Shown piece after piece: positions 10,290 to 21,349 of a DNA stretch of 64,000 bases. Where the stretch lies: NCBI RefSeq assembly GCF_001194135.2, contig NC_068983.1, forward strand, positions 23,192,464 to 23,256,463, read 5' to 3'. The translations under genes were made by a program, and so were the position numbers. Positions within the stretch are counted from its first letter, which is position 1; each line of letters begins with the position of its first letter. Origin of the DNA: Octopus bimaculoides (Eukaryota). The notes under the pieces are model-generated. The model was not told the DNA's origin and did not search any database. It saw only the letters and a program-made list of their open reading frames with translations.

Positions 10290-10830
10290 TTTGTGTGGAA
10301 TCAAGTACCCTGACCTCCTAATATGCTGCAAATCCCTTATTTTGGTTCGGAAGGGGGAGACCCCCTCCAGGAATCATTGGAAATTTTTCTTTTTTCGTTG
10401 AATGAATTCCTATGACATCCTAATATGCTACAAAACCCTTTTTGGGGTCCGAAAAACGGAGTGGAGCGAGGTGGAAGCCTCGGAAATTTCACCCACCCCC
10501 ACTCCATTGATCTTTTCACCTGCACGATTTTCACTAAGGAAAAAAATTTCCAATGAATCTGGGGTGGATTTCCCTAACCCTGAAAAAATCAATGGGGTGG
10601 GGTGGGTGAAATTTCCGAGGCTTCCACCTCACCCCATGCCGTTTTTCAGACCCCCCCCAAAAAAGTTTTGTAGCATATTAGGATGTCACAGGAATTCATT
10701 CAACGAAAACAAGATTTCCTATGAATTCGGGAAGAGTGGGGCGCTCCCCTTCGCCCCACTCCTCTTTTTCCAAACCAAAATAAGGGATTTGCAGCATATT
10801 AGGAAATCAAGGTACTTGATTTCACACAAA
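10290..10830. mobile_element. Fold-back / long-TIR MITE (~540 bp) with internally repeated arms
   Basis: Left arm tttgtgtggaatcaagtaccctgacctcctaatatgctgcaaatcccttattttgg... matches the reverse complement of the right arm ending ttcacacaaa. Arms ~10290-10518 and ~10581-10830, spacer ~60 nt. The motif cctaatatgct(g/a)caaa occurs twice per arm. Confidence 0.85.
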
Positions 10831-11554
10831 AGTTTTACATTAGCTTATTGTATGTTGTTTTTCTTATTTATTAATGCTTTCGGCTTCGTTTGATCTTCGA
10901 AATATTTAGTAAAGTAACCAAATTATTTCAATGAAATTACCTATTTAATAAAAACGTGCTATAATAAAATATTAAACAATAAACCAAACGAGTTCCACTC
11001 CCGTGTTTACATGAACTTGAATGTGTCCGTCCATATATTTTCAAAAATATATTCTTGAAATGAATTAAACTACGATGTATTTCATGTTATTTAGCCTAAT
11101 GATTCCTATCACTTTGATAAAATAATAGAACAGCTGTTACTATTTTAAGGAACTAAAACAGGCTTCGTTTTGAAGTTTAGAAGCAACTGATATACAATAT
11201 ACAGTACCTTCGGAGTTTCGCATAACTACCAGTGAAATTTCGAAGTCACTAACGGTGAAACTATTAATAACATTTGAAGCTACACTTGTGAATCCCTTTT
11301 TCAGTTAACGCTCAGGTTTTTCTTTTTAATTTTTGCATTTTTAAAAGTTAATACATTTGAGTAAACAGGTGCAAAAAAGTAACACTCGAATATCAAAGGC
11401 AGAGTAAAATACTTTATAGTAACTGAAAAAAACTTCACAAACTGTTACTCAATTATTATACATTATTGTATTATTCTGAATTCTCACGACTGATTACGTG
11501 AAACTCAGTAACAATTTGCGAAGTTTTGTCAATGTATATCCGAATAAGAAGCAC

Positions 11555-11880
11555 ATTTTTATGCAGGGCTGGGACGTATGCGGCCCGCTTAATACTTTCT
11601 TGAAATTCGTTCCCTGAGGAATTTCAACCATGTTTCGTGGTCTGCTACCACAACAGCTCCTTTATAGGATCCAGTTAGCTCAAGACATCATCAGGAGGAA
11701 CCACGTCCGGTTTCGGCCCCTACTCCTCTACCGTTTTGACGTGGCGGGGCCCCTCCTTTCGGAGGTGTCTTCAGCTCTGGTGTTGGGTGTATGTCTTCTT
11801 TCTTCTATTCCCTGGCCTCTTCAATGCAGCATCAACGAAACATTGGCTATCAAGACAGATACTACCGTTTTTGCAACGAT
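11555..11880 (-). mobile_element. 3' fragment of an RTE-like LINE (ORF C-terminus plus 3' end)
   Basis: The minus strand gives frameshifted ...RSRGRNRTW...PDDV...VVADHETWLKFLRE, resembling the RGRP-x-x-W...DRxxW C-terminus of RTE ORFs, followed by a short 3' end and A-run. Confidence 0.45.
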
Positions 11881-12051
11881 AATGTTTTACGTTGAATCAG
11901 CGATCATTCATTCATTATTGTAATAATATCATGCGAAAGCAAAATGCTTACAATTCTGTCAGCAGTGATTATTTGACTTTCTGTGATTAAAGTGACCAGG
12001 CCTGCTCATAACTATAGAGCATTGAAAAGCAATAAAGTTAAAGCCTGGTCG

Positions 12052-12115
12052 TAGAGTAACCAATGGTTTCGCATCCACGAAGGCCGCAGCTTTGTGGACA
12101 GCTCATCAGACTCTA
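12052..12115 (-). ncRNA. Type I hammerhead ribozyme motif (minus-strand copy of inverted pair)
   Basis: UAGAGU-CUGAUGA-GCUGUCCAC...GUGGAUGC-GAAA-CC(AUU)GG-UU/ACUCUA: 6-bp stem I, long stem II, 3-bp stem III, GUU cleavage triplet (site 12058/12057). Confidence 0.72.
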
Positions 12116-12159
12116 TACCTTTCGCGTTACTGCTTTTTCAAAATATTGCACTTTTAATT

Positions 12160-12217
12160 AGTCTGATGAGCTGTCCACAAAGCTGCAGCTTTCGTGGATA
12201 CGAAACCATTGGTCACT
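12160..12217 (+). ncRNA. Type I hammerhead ribozyme motif (plus-strand copy of inverted pair)
   Basis: AGU-CUGAUGA-GCUGUCCAC-AAAGCUGCAGCUUU-C-GUGGAUAC-GAAA-CC(AUU)GG-UC/ACU: intact core, GUC triplet (site after 12214), stem I only 3 bp. Confidence 0.65.
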
Positions 12218-14472
12218 CTATGATCAGACTTTAACATCTTGCAACACAAATTCATGAACATTATATATAAATATATATATTATATATATAATCTCAAAAC
12301 TAAATAGAAACCGGATTGTGTCTGCACAGACGAACAATAACAAAGGATGTCTTTACTTCTGAGAAGAGTGTATTGTCTGTGTGTGTGATGTATGTAGATA
12401 ATACGAAAGGAGATGGATATTTAATTCAGTTAAGCATAACAACAGTAGGATGCTTTGGTTGTCAGTAATTAAAAGTGAAATGTTTTGATAAAGCAGTAAC
12501 GCGAAACTTATCGTAAACAACTGTTGCAAAAAAAAAAAGGGAAAGGAAAAAAAAAAAACAGTTCTTCTACTGTTGTGTTGTATTTATATAATTGCAATTT
12601 TTACAAGTCATTCATAGCATAGTTAATATATCTACATATTTAAAACACACGTGTTACCGGCGTAACTTGTAAGCAACGCTGTCGGTATATCTTGTGTTAT
12701 TCCTTTTAATACTTCAGACACTTCATTATGAATGACATTCAAAACAGCGGGAAAATATTGCAGCGAATTCAAAGTATAGTCCTATAGAATTAAAGCAACA
12801 GAAATTTATTACTTATTATTAATAGGAATTGTGAGCAACAAAATGTTACGTAAAATATAATTTTTTTTTTTAAACTTACGATGAAGTTGATAGGCAGGAT
12901 AGTCGATGTTCACAACTTATATACAAGGTGAGTGTATGTGTGTGCATACACATGGTAAATACCGATTAAATGGGCGGACCAATCAGAGGGATTCTGGGCA
13001 ACTGTTCGGACTGCTAGAAATAGCAGCCAAATCTCCCTCAAATTGCTACGATAGTTTTAAATAAAGCGGATTCATTGATCAATATAGTGCATACTTATAA
13101 ATGAATAAATAAATAAAAGGGGTTGTGCACGTTTGGAATGCTTTTGATCATGAATCTCGATCAGGATTAACCAATGGCAACAACTGATATTTATGATGGA
13201 AGAAAAGAACGGAGAAATCAAGAAGGTGAATTTTGATGCTAAAGTTTGTTATAGACTGACGAATTTAACAGGCCATTAACGTTTTTTTAAAAATCCTTTG
13301 TTTAATTTTTTCGTAAATCATTAACAGTAAGGATAATTGATAAAAACTACTGCATTCGAATTGTTGCTGTTGTTTAGCCTAAGTCATGAGCAGAACCATG
13401 GTTAACTGCGTTCCAAGAACTACAGCATGTCTTTCCTTCTGTTTATTAAATTTATTTATTCATTCATTCATTAAGATAGTACAATGTGGCTTAAATTAAT
13501 TTGATTACTATTTCGTATTTTTCATGGTATTTTGCTTAAGGGAGGCAGAAGAGGTAAAAAAAAACTCGAGATAGAAAAATTACCGAAACTCTGTTAGAAA
13601 TATTGGTACCAGGTACGAAGAAATAATCTATTATATGAAACCTGGAACTGTAGAACAGAGTATATAAATAACTAATTGTAACATTTACACCTTGCCCTGA
13701 AAACATTAAAGCAAAAAAAAAAAAAAGTCATAGATTTGATTTACCAAGAATTTACTGCACTATCAGAAGAATACGATGTTTTTTGACTTCGTTTCATTCT
13801 TTTTTTTTTTTTTTTTTCATCGGTAGGCATAAGACCTTTGAAGGTGACGAAGTCGCAGAATCGTTTGCACGTTGGACAAAATGTTTAGGGTAATTTCTTC
13901 TGGCTCTTTACATTCTGAATTCAGAATCCTGCTGAGGTGAATCTTGCTTTCATCTGTTTGGGGTCAATAAAATAAAGTACCAATCATGTTCTACTGGGGT
14001 TGATGCAGGGCCAGATTAAGACCAATAGGGGCTTAAGCACTTAAAAGATTTTGGTATCCCCCCACATATATGTAATTCAAAGAATAAACCATAAAATAAA
14101 TTTTTAGTTTTTAAATGAAGCAAAACTAACAGTAAGTCGGAAAGCATCACTTTGCACTATTTATACTTTAAAAATGTTCTCCTATTTTTTAAATTGCTAA
14201 TTTTTTCATCAGATCCTCACTGTGACACCATGAACACTTCAAAATTATATAAACCATTTTGAATATTATTTTAGCAAGCTTAAAGTGATTTCTTTTGTGC
14301 TGTAAACCATTTACCCTTTCTGTTGTGCTCCACTTCCCTTGATACCGTAAGCATGTGCTTAATTTGTTTAATGGTTAATCCAGCACTTGGTTAATGTAAT
14401 CAACTTGCTGGGTTTGAACCTGGCAATAGATCAGTATCCTGTTCAGGGGTAATGTTGTGATCTCAGTTACTT

Positions 14473-14674
14473 ATACAAGGGAGTGCTGAAAAGTTCCTGG
14501 CTTTGAGTAAAAGAAAATACTGGAGGATCAGTTAATTATGATTTAATTGAGTATATTCCTCTCTCAGATTCACATACCTATTGCAGTGGTCCTTCAGTTT
14601 TTCTAAGCCCTGTAAAAGAACTCAGAAGATTGAGCTTCCAACCAGGCCTTTCGCAATATCCTTAAAGCCAGGAA
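14473..14674. mobile_element. Mariner-type MITE, right TIR truncated
   Basis: tacaagggagtgctgaaaagttcctggcttt ... aaagccaggaac inverted termini after TA. Confidence 0.7.
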
Positions 14675-15338
14675 CCATGGAAACCCGGTAACTGACCTTA
14701 GGGTTCAAGATAAAAAAAAAAAGAAATGATCTTTGAGATAGAAGAGGGGAAATGGTTTTAATGACTTCAGTATATTACTGATATCTGATCAAAAGAATGA
14801 AAATAAATTTGGCCCTAGTAAGATTTGGTATCAAATTAAATACACTGAAAGCAGTGTTTACCAGATATTTGCCATTCACATCTTTCTTGGCTCTACAGTA
14901 GTCAGAGAAATTGGACACATCACCAATAAAGAAAATGGATTTTATAAGCTATGTTGCTGAGGTTTGGAGGGGGAAATTCAATGCAATAAGTGTCATTTTA
15001 CCCCTTAAACTGAAAAGTAGGAGTACATTGTTCCCAACATATCTCTCATTTTCATCACTTCACATACAGGAGATGATAGTAAATGTCAAAATAATAACAA
15101 AGTACAATGCTCCCAGTGGAATGCTATCACTCAATGCCCTCTTAAAAATCACAATACCACTTTTTAGGGTGAATGGTTTTTCCCCTCTGAACTTCCATGG
15201 GTTTCTTCTGTTTTATTCACAACACCAACAAACTGAATGTGGAACTTCCTCTGATGAGAACCCAATATGGTTTGAAAACCATTTAAAGCTGTTTGCTATT
15301 TTCCCAGTCTACAGAGAAATAGTTGAATTTTCTCTTGT

Positions 15339-15566
15339 TTAACCCTTTCGTTACTGTATTTATTTTGAGATGCTCTGTGTTTCTTTCAGTTACTTTAAAT
15401 ATAACAAAGAATTTAGTAAAATAAATTAGTTATCATTCAGCTAGTGTTAGGAACATAAATTGTGACTAAGGTTTGGTGGAAGATTTTCATTCCAAACTTA
15501 TGAAAACAAGACATTTGTATGCAGAGCTAAGGCTGGTTTCAGCCGTGTTGGTAACGAAAGGGTTAA
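15339..15566 (+). mobile_element. TTAA-flanked MITE (piggyBac-type termini), copy 1
   Basis: TTAA-CCCTTTCGTTAC ... GTAACGAAAGGG-TTAA; near-identical copy at 42584. Confidence 0.9.
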
Positions 15567-16142
15567 ATATCTTGCACAACATCTCACAAACCCTCTCCAC
15601 CTACTGATATGATCCAGAGACAAGCTGGAGCAAAATATGCAATGCCAATACAAGCTACAGGTTCAGGAATATAGGATGGCCATAATCTCAAACAAGCAAA
15701 AGATCCCCAAAATGTTCAATGCCATTCTCCCCCCCCCCATATATATATATATATAAAGAGAGAGAGAGTGGGCGAGATGACAAGCTTCTGAACACTTTCT
15801 GTCTGCCAAATTACACTCACTGGGCAGCCTAAGGTGTTAGTAGAAGACACTTGCCCAAGGTATCATGCAGAGACACTTCCTCAGCAATGAGTAAATGACT
15901 AAGTCTCTATGCAATCAGTTACTACCAGTACTAGCAGTCTAATCTCAAATGCAATCCCCTCTCACCTAGAAAAAACAAAAAAGAGCAATTTTACAACACA
16001 ACGGTAAACTTGAGAGAAGCTGCAATGGCCATGATTGACATAATACTTAATTCTTTGTTAGCCCTGACAGATTAGCATATCAGATAATGTACAAAGGACA
16101 TAGGCATGTCATAACCAGAATGCTATAAAGCAATAACTAGCT

Positions 16143-16465
16143 TTTTACTCTTTTACTTGTTTCAGTCATTTGACTGCGGCCATGCTGGAGCATCACCTTT
16201 AGTTGAGCAAATCGGCCCTAGGACTTATTCTTTGTTAGCCTAGTACTTATTCTATTGGTCTCTTTTGCCAAACCGCTAAGTTACGGGGGACGTAAACACA
16301 CCAGCATCAGTTGTCAAGTGATGGGGGCACAAACACAGACACACACATATACATATATATGACGGGCTTCTTTCAGTTTCCGTCTACCAAATCCATTCAT
16401 AAGGCTTTGGTCGGCCCGCCATGTGGTAGGTAAGCAAGCTACTTACCACACAGCCACTCCTGCGC
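16143..16465 (-). mobile_element. SINE family A copy with internal deletion
   Basis: ggtcggcccg joined directly to ccatgtggtaggtaagc, lacking the agaagacacttgcccaagg segment present in other copies. Confidence 0.85.
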
Positions 16466-17054
16466 AAAAAAAAAAATGTTAATACACCATTATCAAGAAT
16501 GTAGAGCATTGAAAAACACTGACTAAAAGGTCAACTTTTCCATAGGATTTAGAGCATTTGTCAGCATTGAGAACTAAACCAGTACTTCTATCAAGATAGC
16601 CTGGTGAGGAAGGTTTCTAGAAACTCAGTATGGGAATAAAAAAAATCCCTTTCAAAGGAATAGCATTAGTGCATGGAGGCAGAGAAATGGCAAATGAGTG
16701 TAATATAAAACCACTTTCCAAGGGATGAACCCCTTATTCTTGTCACTCAAAATCCAGTATGTATAATACTTTGGAATCGTCATATTGCAGGATTTCTCAA
16801 AATTAGTTCTAGGGAACCCTAGGATTCTGAAGAAAAACTTGAGGATCCCAAGAGATAAGGTGTCTTCAAATATAATTTAATAAAAAAAGATTTCATGAAA
16901 CAAATGCTATTCACTATTTTTAAAATAATAAGTTGTCTCTGTTATATGAATAAATGCTCCCTCTAAAATAACTTTTGTTTCATTTAATATCTTAGGAAAA
17001 TTAAAGTATCCATAAAATATAGCTATAAGGTCTTTGAATTTTGGAAAATTGTAT

Positions 17055-17410
17055 TAGACTGTGTGGTTTGCTTCCCAACCACATCGTTTTGGGTTCAGTC
17101 TCACTGTATAGCACCTTGGGAAAGTGTCTTCTACTATAGCCTCAGGCCGACCAAAATGGATTTCGTAGACAGAAACTTAAAGAAGCCTATCATATATTTA
17201 TATATATGTATGTATGTACATATGTATATATCTATGTGTGTGTGTGTCTCTTTGTGTTTGTGTCTGTACCCCCATTACTGCTTGACAGCCAGTGTTGGTG
17301 TGTTTCCATCCCAATTACTAAGCAGTTCAGCAAAAGAGACTGATAGAATAAGTACTAGGTTTTAAAAAAATAAGTTCTGGGATTGATTTGTTCAACTAAA
17401 ATCCTTCAAG
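17055..17410 (+). mobile_element. SINE family A copy
   Basis: gactgtgtggtttgcttcccaaccac...gggttcagtc (B box)...gacagaaacttaaagaagcc...gataagtactagg. Confidence 0.85.
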
Positions 17411-17809
17411 AATTAAAGAATAAAGTGTTCTGAGTCAAAATAAGTACAGAAATCATTGGAGTGAAACCAATCATTGCATTACTTCATATGGTTTGGTTGA
17501 TTCTTTCAGATTGATAATATTCTAGTTATTAGAATGTGACTTGATAGAACTGGAAAGTTCATGTAAAACCACCCAAGAAACTTCCTTTGAAAATGCAGCT
17601 AAATAATGCAACCTCAGAAAAGGCCAACTACATCCACAAGGTGAAACAACAATAAACATCTGGACCTTTTCACATTAAGTATTGTATCTGTTAGTATTGA
17701 GAGCTGGTATTTTTTGGTTGTATTTGAAACAAAACCCAATTAAAATGCTGTAGTTCATAATATTCCCCACTATTACATTAATCTCATCTTTTGAAACACA
17801 TGGCGCCAG

Positions 17810-18320
17810 ACTGAGAATATATATTTTTGTAAATATCACCTGTTGTATGGTTAACATACACACACATATACATGCATGTATGCAAAAAAGAAGATATCTG
17901 TGCTGAATCTACAGCTACTCTGTCCAGATTACAAGTTCAGGTTTATACCTGTAATTATTGGGACATTGGGATATGTAACACACTACCTAAATACTAATGT
18001 TGAGAAATTAGGCTTCTCAAAATCAGAAAAGAGAAAGCTGATTCAAAGACTACAGATCCAAGCCATCACTGGAACTGTAAAAATCTGTAAAACTTTCCAG
18101 GTGTTTATCATTTAAGTATGTATGAGCATGTCTAGACTTAGAACTATATGCATGAGAATACATACATAAAACCTACAAATCTGCATATACATACATACAT
18201 GCATGCATACATACAAAAATGTTGATGTTGAAATTCCAATGAAGGAGCCTTGAATCTAGGTTAAAAATTGACCCTTTCTCTATTGGCAAGAAATCTTGAA
18301 ATAAAACTAAATAATGATCA
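17810..18320 (+). mobile_element. 3' fragment of a restriction-like-endonuclease non-LTR element (R4/Dong/NeSL type)
   Basis: ORF 17876-18115 LQLLCPDYKFRFIPVIIGTLGYV...LGF...LIQRLQIQAITGTVKICKTF resembles the typical C-terminus (IPIIIGALG...GT-x-KI) of RLE elements; followed by a microsatellite-rich 3' UTR and aataaa. Confidence 0.65.
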
Positions 18321-18531
18321 ACCTACATACATACATATAAACAACAGACAGATAGTTTGAATACCAATTAGTCTCATAAAAAGAAGCCATTTACCAGTGT
18401 ATGTAATGAAAAAGTGCATAAAAAATATTTTTCTTATTTGGTTCTCAATTTTAATGCGAAGAAAATCAGGCCAAATGTAAATACAGAACAACTTAATAAA
18501 CAACAGGTTATTTCACATAGATAGGAGTACT

Positions 18532-18926
18532 CGTTTACTTGTTTCAGTCATTTGACTGTGGCCATGCTGGAGCACCACCTTTAGTCAAGCAAATCGACCC
18601 CAGGACTTATTCTCTGTAAGTCTAGTACTTATTCTATTGGTCTCTATTGCCAAACTGCTAAGTTATGGGAACATAAACACACCAGCATCAGTTGTCAAGC
18701 GACGTTGGGGAGGACAAACACAGACACATAAACATATACACACACATACATATATAAATATATATGACAGGCTTCTTTCAGTTTCCGTCTACCAAATCTG
18801 CTCACAAGGCTTTGGTAGGCCCAAAGCTATAGTAGAAGACACTTGCCCAAGGTGCCACGCAGTGGGACTGAACCCAGAACCATGTGGTTGGCAAGCAGGC
18901 TGCTTACCACACAGCCACTCCTGTGC
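18532..18926 (-). mobile_element. SINE family A copy, near full length
   Basis: Complete tail, microsatellite and tRNA head modules. Confidence 0.9.
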
Positions 18927-19165
18927 CTATTGGAGTGTTGATATGTTCATTAGATGTCAGCTTGAAAGATAGGAAATAACGATGTTCATTACTGACTTCA
19001 TATTTTGCATTATGGGCATGTGGTTAAGATATTTGGTTTGCAATCACATTAGAATTGGGTTCAGTTCAACAGTACAGAAACTTGGACTCTACTATATTCC
19101 CAAACCAACCAAAGCCGTGAGTGGTTTTAGTAGGCAGAAATTGAAAAAACCATTGTATATATATA

Positions 19166-19410
19166 TCATCATCATCATTTAGCATCTGCTTTCCATGCTG
19201 GCATGGGTTAGACAGTTTGACTGAAACCAGTAAGCTGTAGGACTACACCAGATTCCAATCTGATTTGGCATGGTTTCTATGGTCAGATGCCCTTCCTAAC
19301 ACCAACCACTCCAAGAATGTAATGGGTTCTTTTTACATACCACTGGCACAGGTTCCAGTTAGGCAATACTAGTATTAGCCACGACTACAATTTCACTTGG
19401 CTTGATGAAC
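19166..19410 (-). mobile_element. Diverged RTE LINE 3'-end fragment
   Basis: (CAT)n tail followed by a CpG-decayed version of the shared 3' UTR. Confidence 0.8.
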
Positions 19411-19655
19411 AACAACTAATAATATTGATGATAATGACCCACTCTACTAAAGGCACAAGGCTTGAAATTTTGAGGGGAGGAGACCAGTCGATTACATCGA
19501 CCCTAACGCTTTCACTGGTACCTGATTTATCGACACTGAAAGGTTGAAAGGCAAAGTTGACCTCAGCAGAATTTAAACTCAGACTGCAGTGATGGGCAAA
19601 ATACTGCTAAACATTTCGTCCAACATGCTAACAATTCTGTCAGCTTGTCACCTTA

Positions 19656-19686
<31 letters not shown>

Positions 19687-20101
19687 ACTTGAGCGTAAGA
19701 TAATACATTTCTATAGTTATTCAAATTCACTCTTTGATAATTCCTGCTACTTCAGTAGGAGGAAAAAAAAAAAAATCAACCCAAGCAGGATTTTGACTCT
19801 ATCCTTTTGGTAATTACAATAAGGATGATTCTCTTATTGTTGCAGTGACATGAGTCTGTAATCAACTTCTAGATATTAATAGTACATACTTTATCACTCT
19901 AAGATGAAAGGTTAAGTCAAGCCCAAAAGGATTTGAACACAGAATGTAAAAGGCCACATATAAATACAAGGCATTTTATCTGGCATTCTATCATTTCTAA
20001 TTTACTTCTTTTGTGATTCTATTGCAAATAACAACAGTTTCAATATAACATTGACAACTATCCAAGTTGTACTTTTTTAGTTATGCCCCCTACGTTTGTT
20101 C

Positions 20102-20624
20102 CTATAGGGCGTTCCTATAAGTAGGTTATCTCCCTTGGCTAGGCGGCGCTCCATGTAGATAATTAAACTTCCGGAGGCTAACCCACGCCATTGGACGATA
20201 CTTCAGACAGGAATAAGCAGAAGCTTATATCTCCTCTCGGTGAAGTATTGCCTGATCTAAAGATCTTTGTAAGTTGCCGAATTTCAGAGATAATGACATA
20301 ATTACCTCGTGCTACGGATGAAAGCAAAGCAACAGTTAAGGAGTGGCATATTTTACCATGACAGACACATACACAGCATCGAATACCACGATGTGAGTGA
20401 AAGCTGCTCTCACTGTATTGTCCGGTGTCTGGTAATCCCTTCGATACCGACATCAAACCAAAAAAAGAATCCTGACCACAGAGTGTGGGTAATTATATCA
20501 AATGTCACTGGCAATGTGCATTCAGCTGATTGCAACTGTTAAAGCAAGTCACTGAGCATGCGTACATGTCATACGGGAGAGTTCCAATCAGGGGTGGATA
20601 ACACCTTATAGGAAAGCCCTATAG
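20102..20624 (+). mobile_element. Non-autonomous TIR element carrying a frameshifted SWIM-zinc-finger gene fragment
   Basis: ~36-bp TIRs ctatagggcgttcctataagtaggttatctcccttg / caggggtggataacaccttataggaaagccctatag. The interior encodes LGEVLPDL...IVRCLVIPS...DHRVWVIISNVTGNVHSADCNC*..ACVHV. Confidence 0.75.
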
Positions 20625-21349
20625 AATCAATTTCCTATGAATCCTTATCACTTTCCATCTTCATTTTTATGACAGTATGAGTTGGATGGGTTACTAAGGT
20701 CAGGATCAGTTCTTATTCAGAGTTACTGCCCCCAACTGGCTTGGAACTGCATCTCACTCACGTTACAGTTTTGGTATAGTTTCTATAAGATGACTTTCCT
20801 GTTGCCAACCATTTTACAAAGTGTACTGGGGGTATTTTATTGTAGCAAACCTCCTCAAGAGGTTATCTTGATTCCAGGAAGACCAAAGAGTCTTCTCTAC
20901 TCTATATTGTCTTCATTTGTTCGTCGGCATCAGTAGTGTTGTTTTGCCCTTGCAAGAACAAAGAGAATCCCCTTTTGCTGCATTGTCTTCATTCATTTGT
21001 TTCCCTCTATCCCTTACTACTGGGTGGAAAGTATGTCAGAACATTAAGGTGACAGAAGAGAGAATAATGGAAGAGAGAGAATGACTGACATCCACACTAT
21101 ATGATTGTTGATAAAACCAGAGACAATATTGTTTAGGGGTTAAATTGTTAACCTGTACCCTTTATTCTGCACACTTCTGATCATGCACCTAATAAAAAAA
21201 AAATCCTCAAACATTGTCAACCACTCTCCCAGTCTTTCTTATCTAGAAAATAATCTCTCTAGAATCACTCTATACCCAAGATTTTTTCAGATGTTCAAAA
21301 ATTAACTGCATTGATTTCATTATTCTTGGAGCACCTTAACATGGCAAAC

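Larger units (their letters stand above)
10900..13900. promoter_or_regulatory. CpG-retaining region, probable POLG promoter / bidirectional promoter
   Basis: CG dinucleotides are visibly frequent here compared with the CG-poor introns. It contains minus-strand donor-like sites at 11207 (AAG|GTACTG) and 12879 (C|GTAAGT), a plus-strand donor at 12928 (AAG|GTGAGT), and adjacent GGGCGG (12972-12977) and CCAAT (12979-12983). Boundaries are approximate and part of the CpG comes from repeats. Confidence 0.5.

Noticed and set aside
10337-10893. ORFs on both strands with WGWVKFPRLPP repeats
   Set aside because: Products of the palindromic fold-back element; the same peptide appears on both strands.
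11630-11923. 97-aa plus-strand ORF in the promoter region
   Set aside because: Best explained as the antisense shadow of an RTE-like 3' fragment; no splice signals or recognisable domain.
15246-15300. CTGATGA-GAACC(caatat)GGTTT-GAAA hammerhead-like motif
   Set aside because: Stem II is plausible, but no stem III/NUH or stem I could be built downstream; at best a dead relic.
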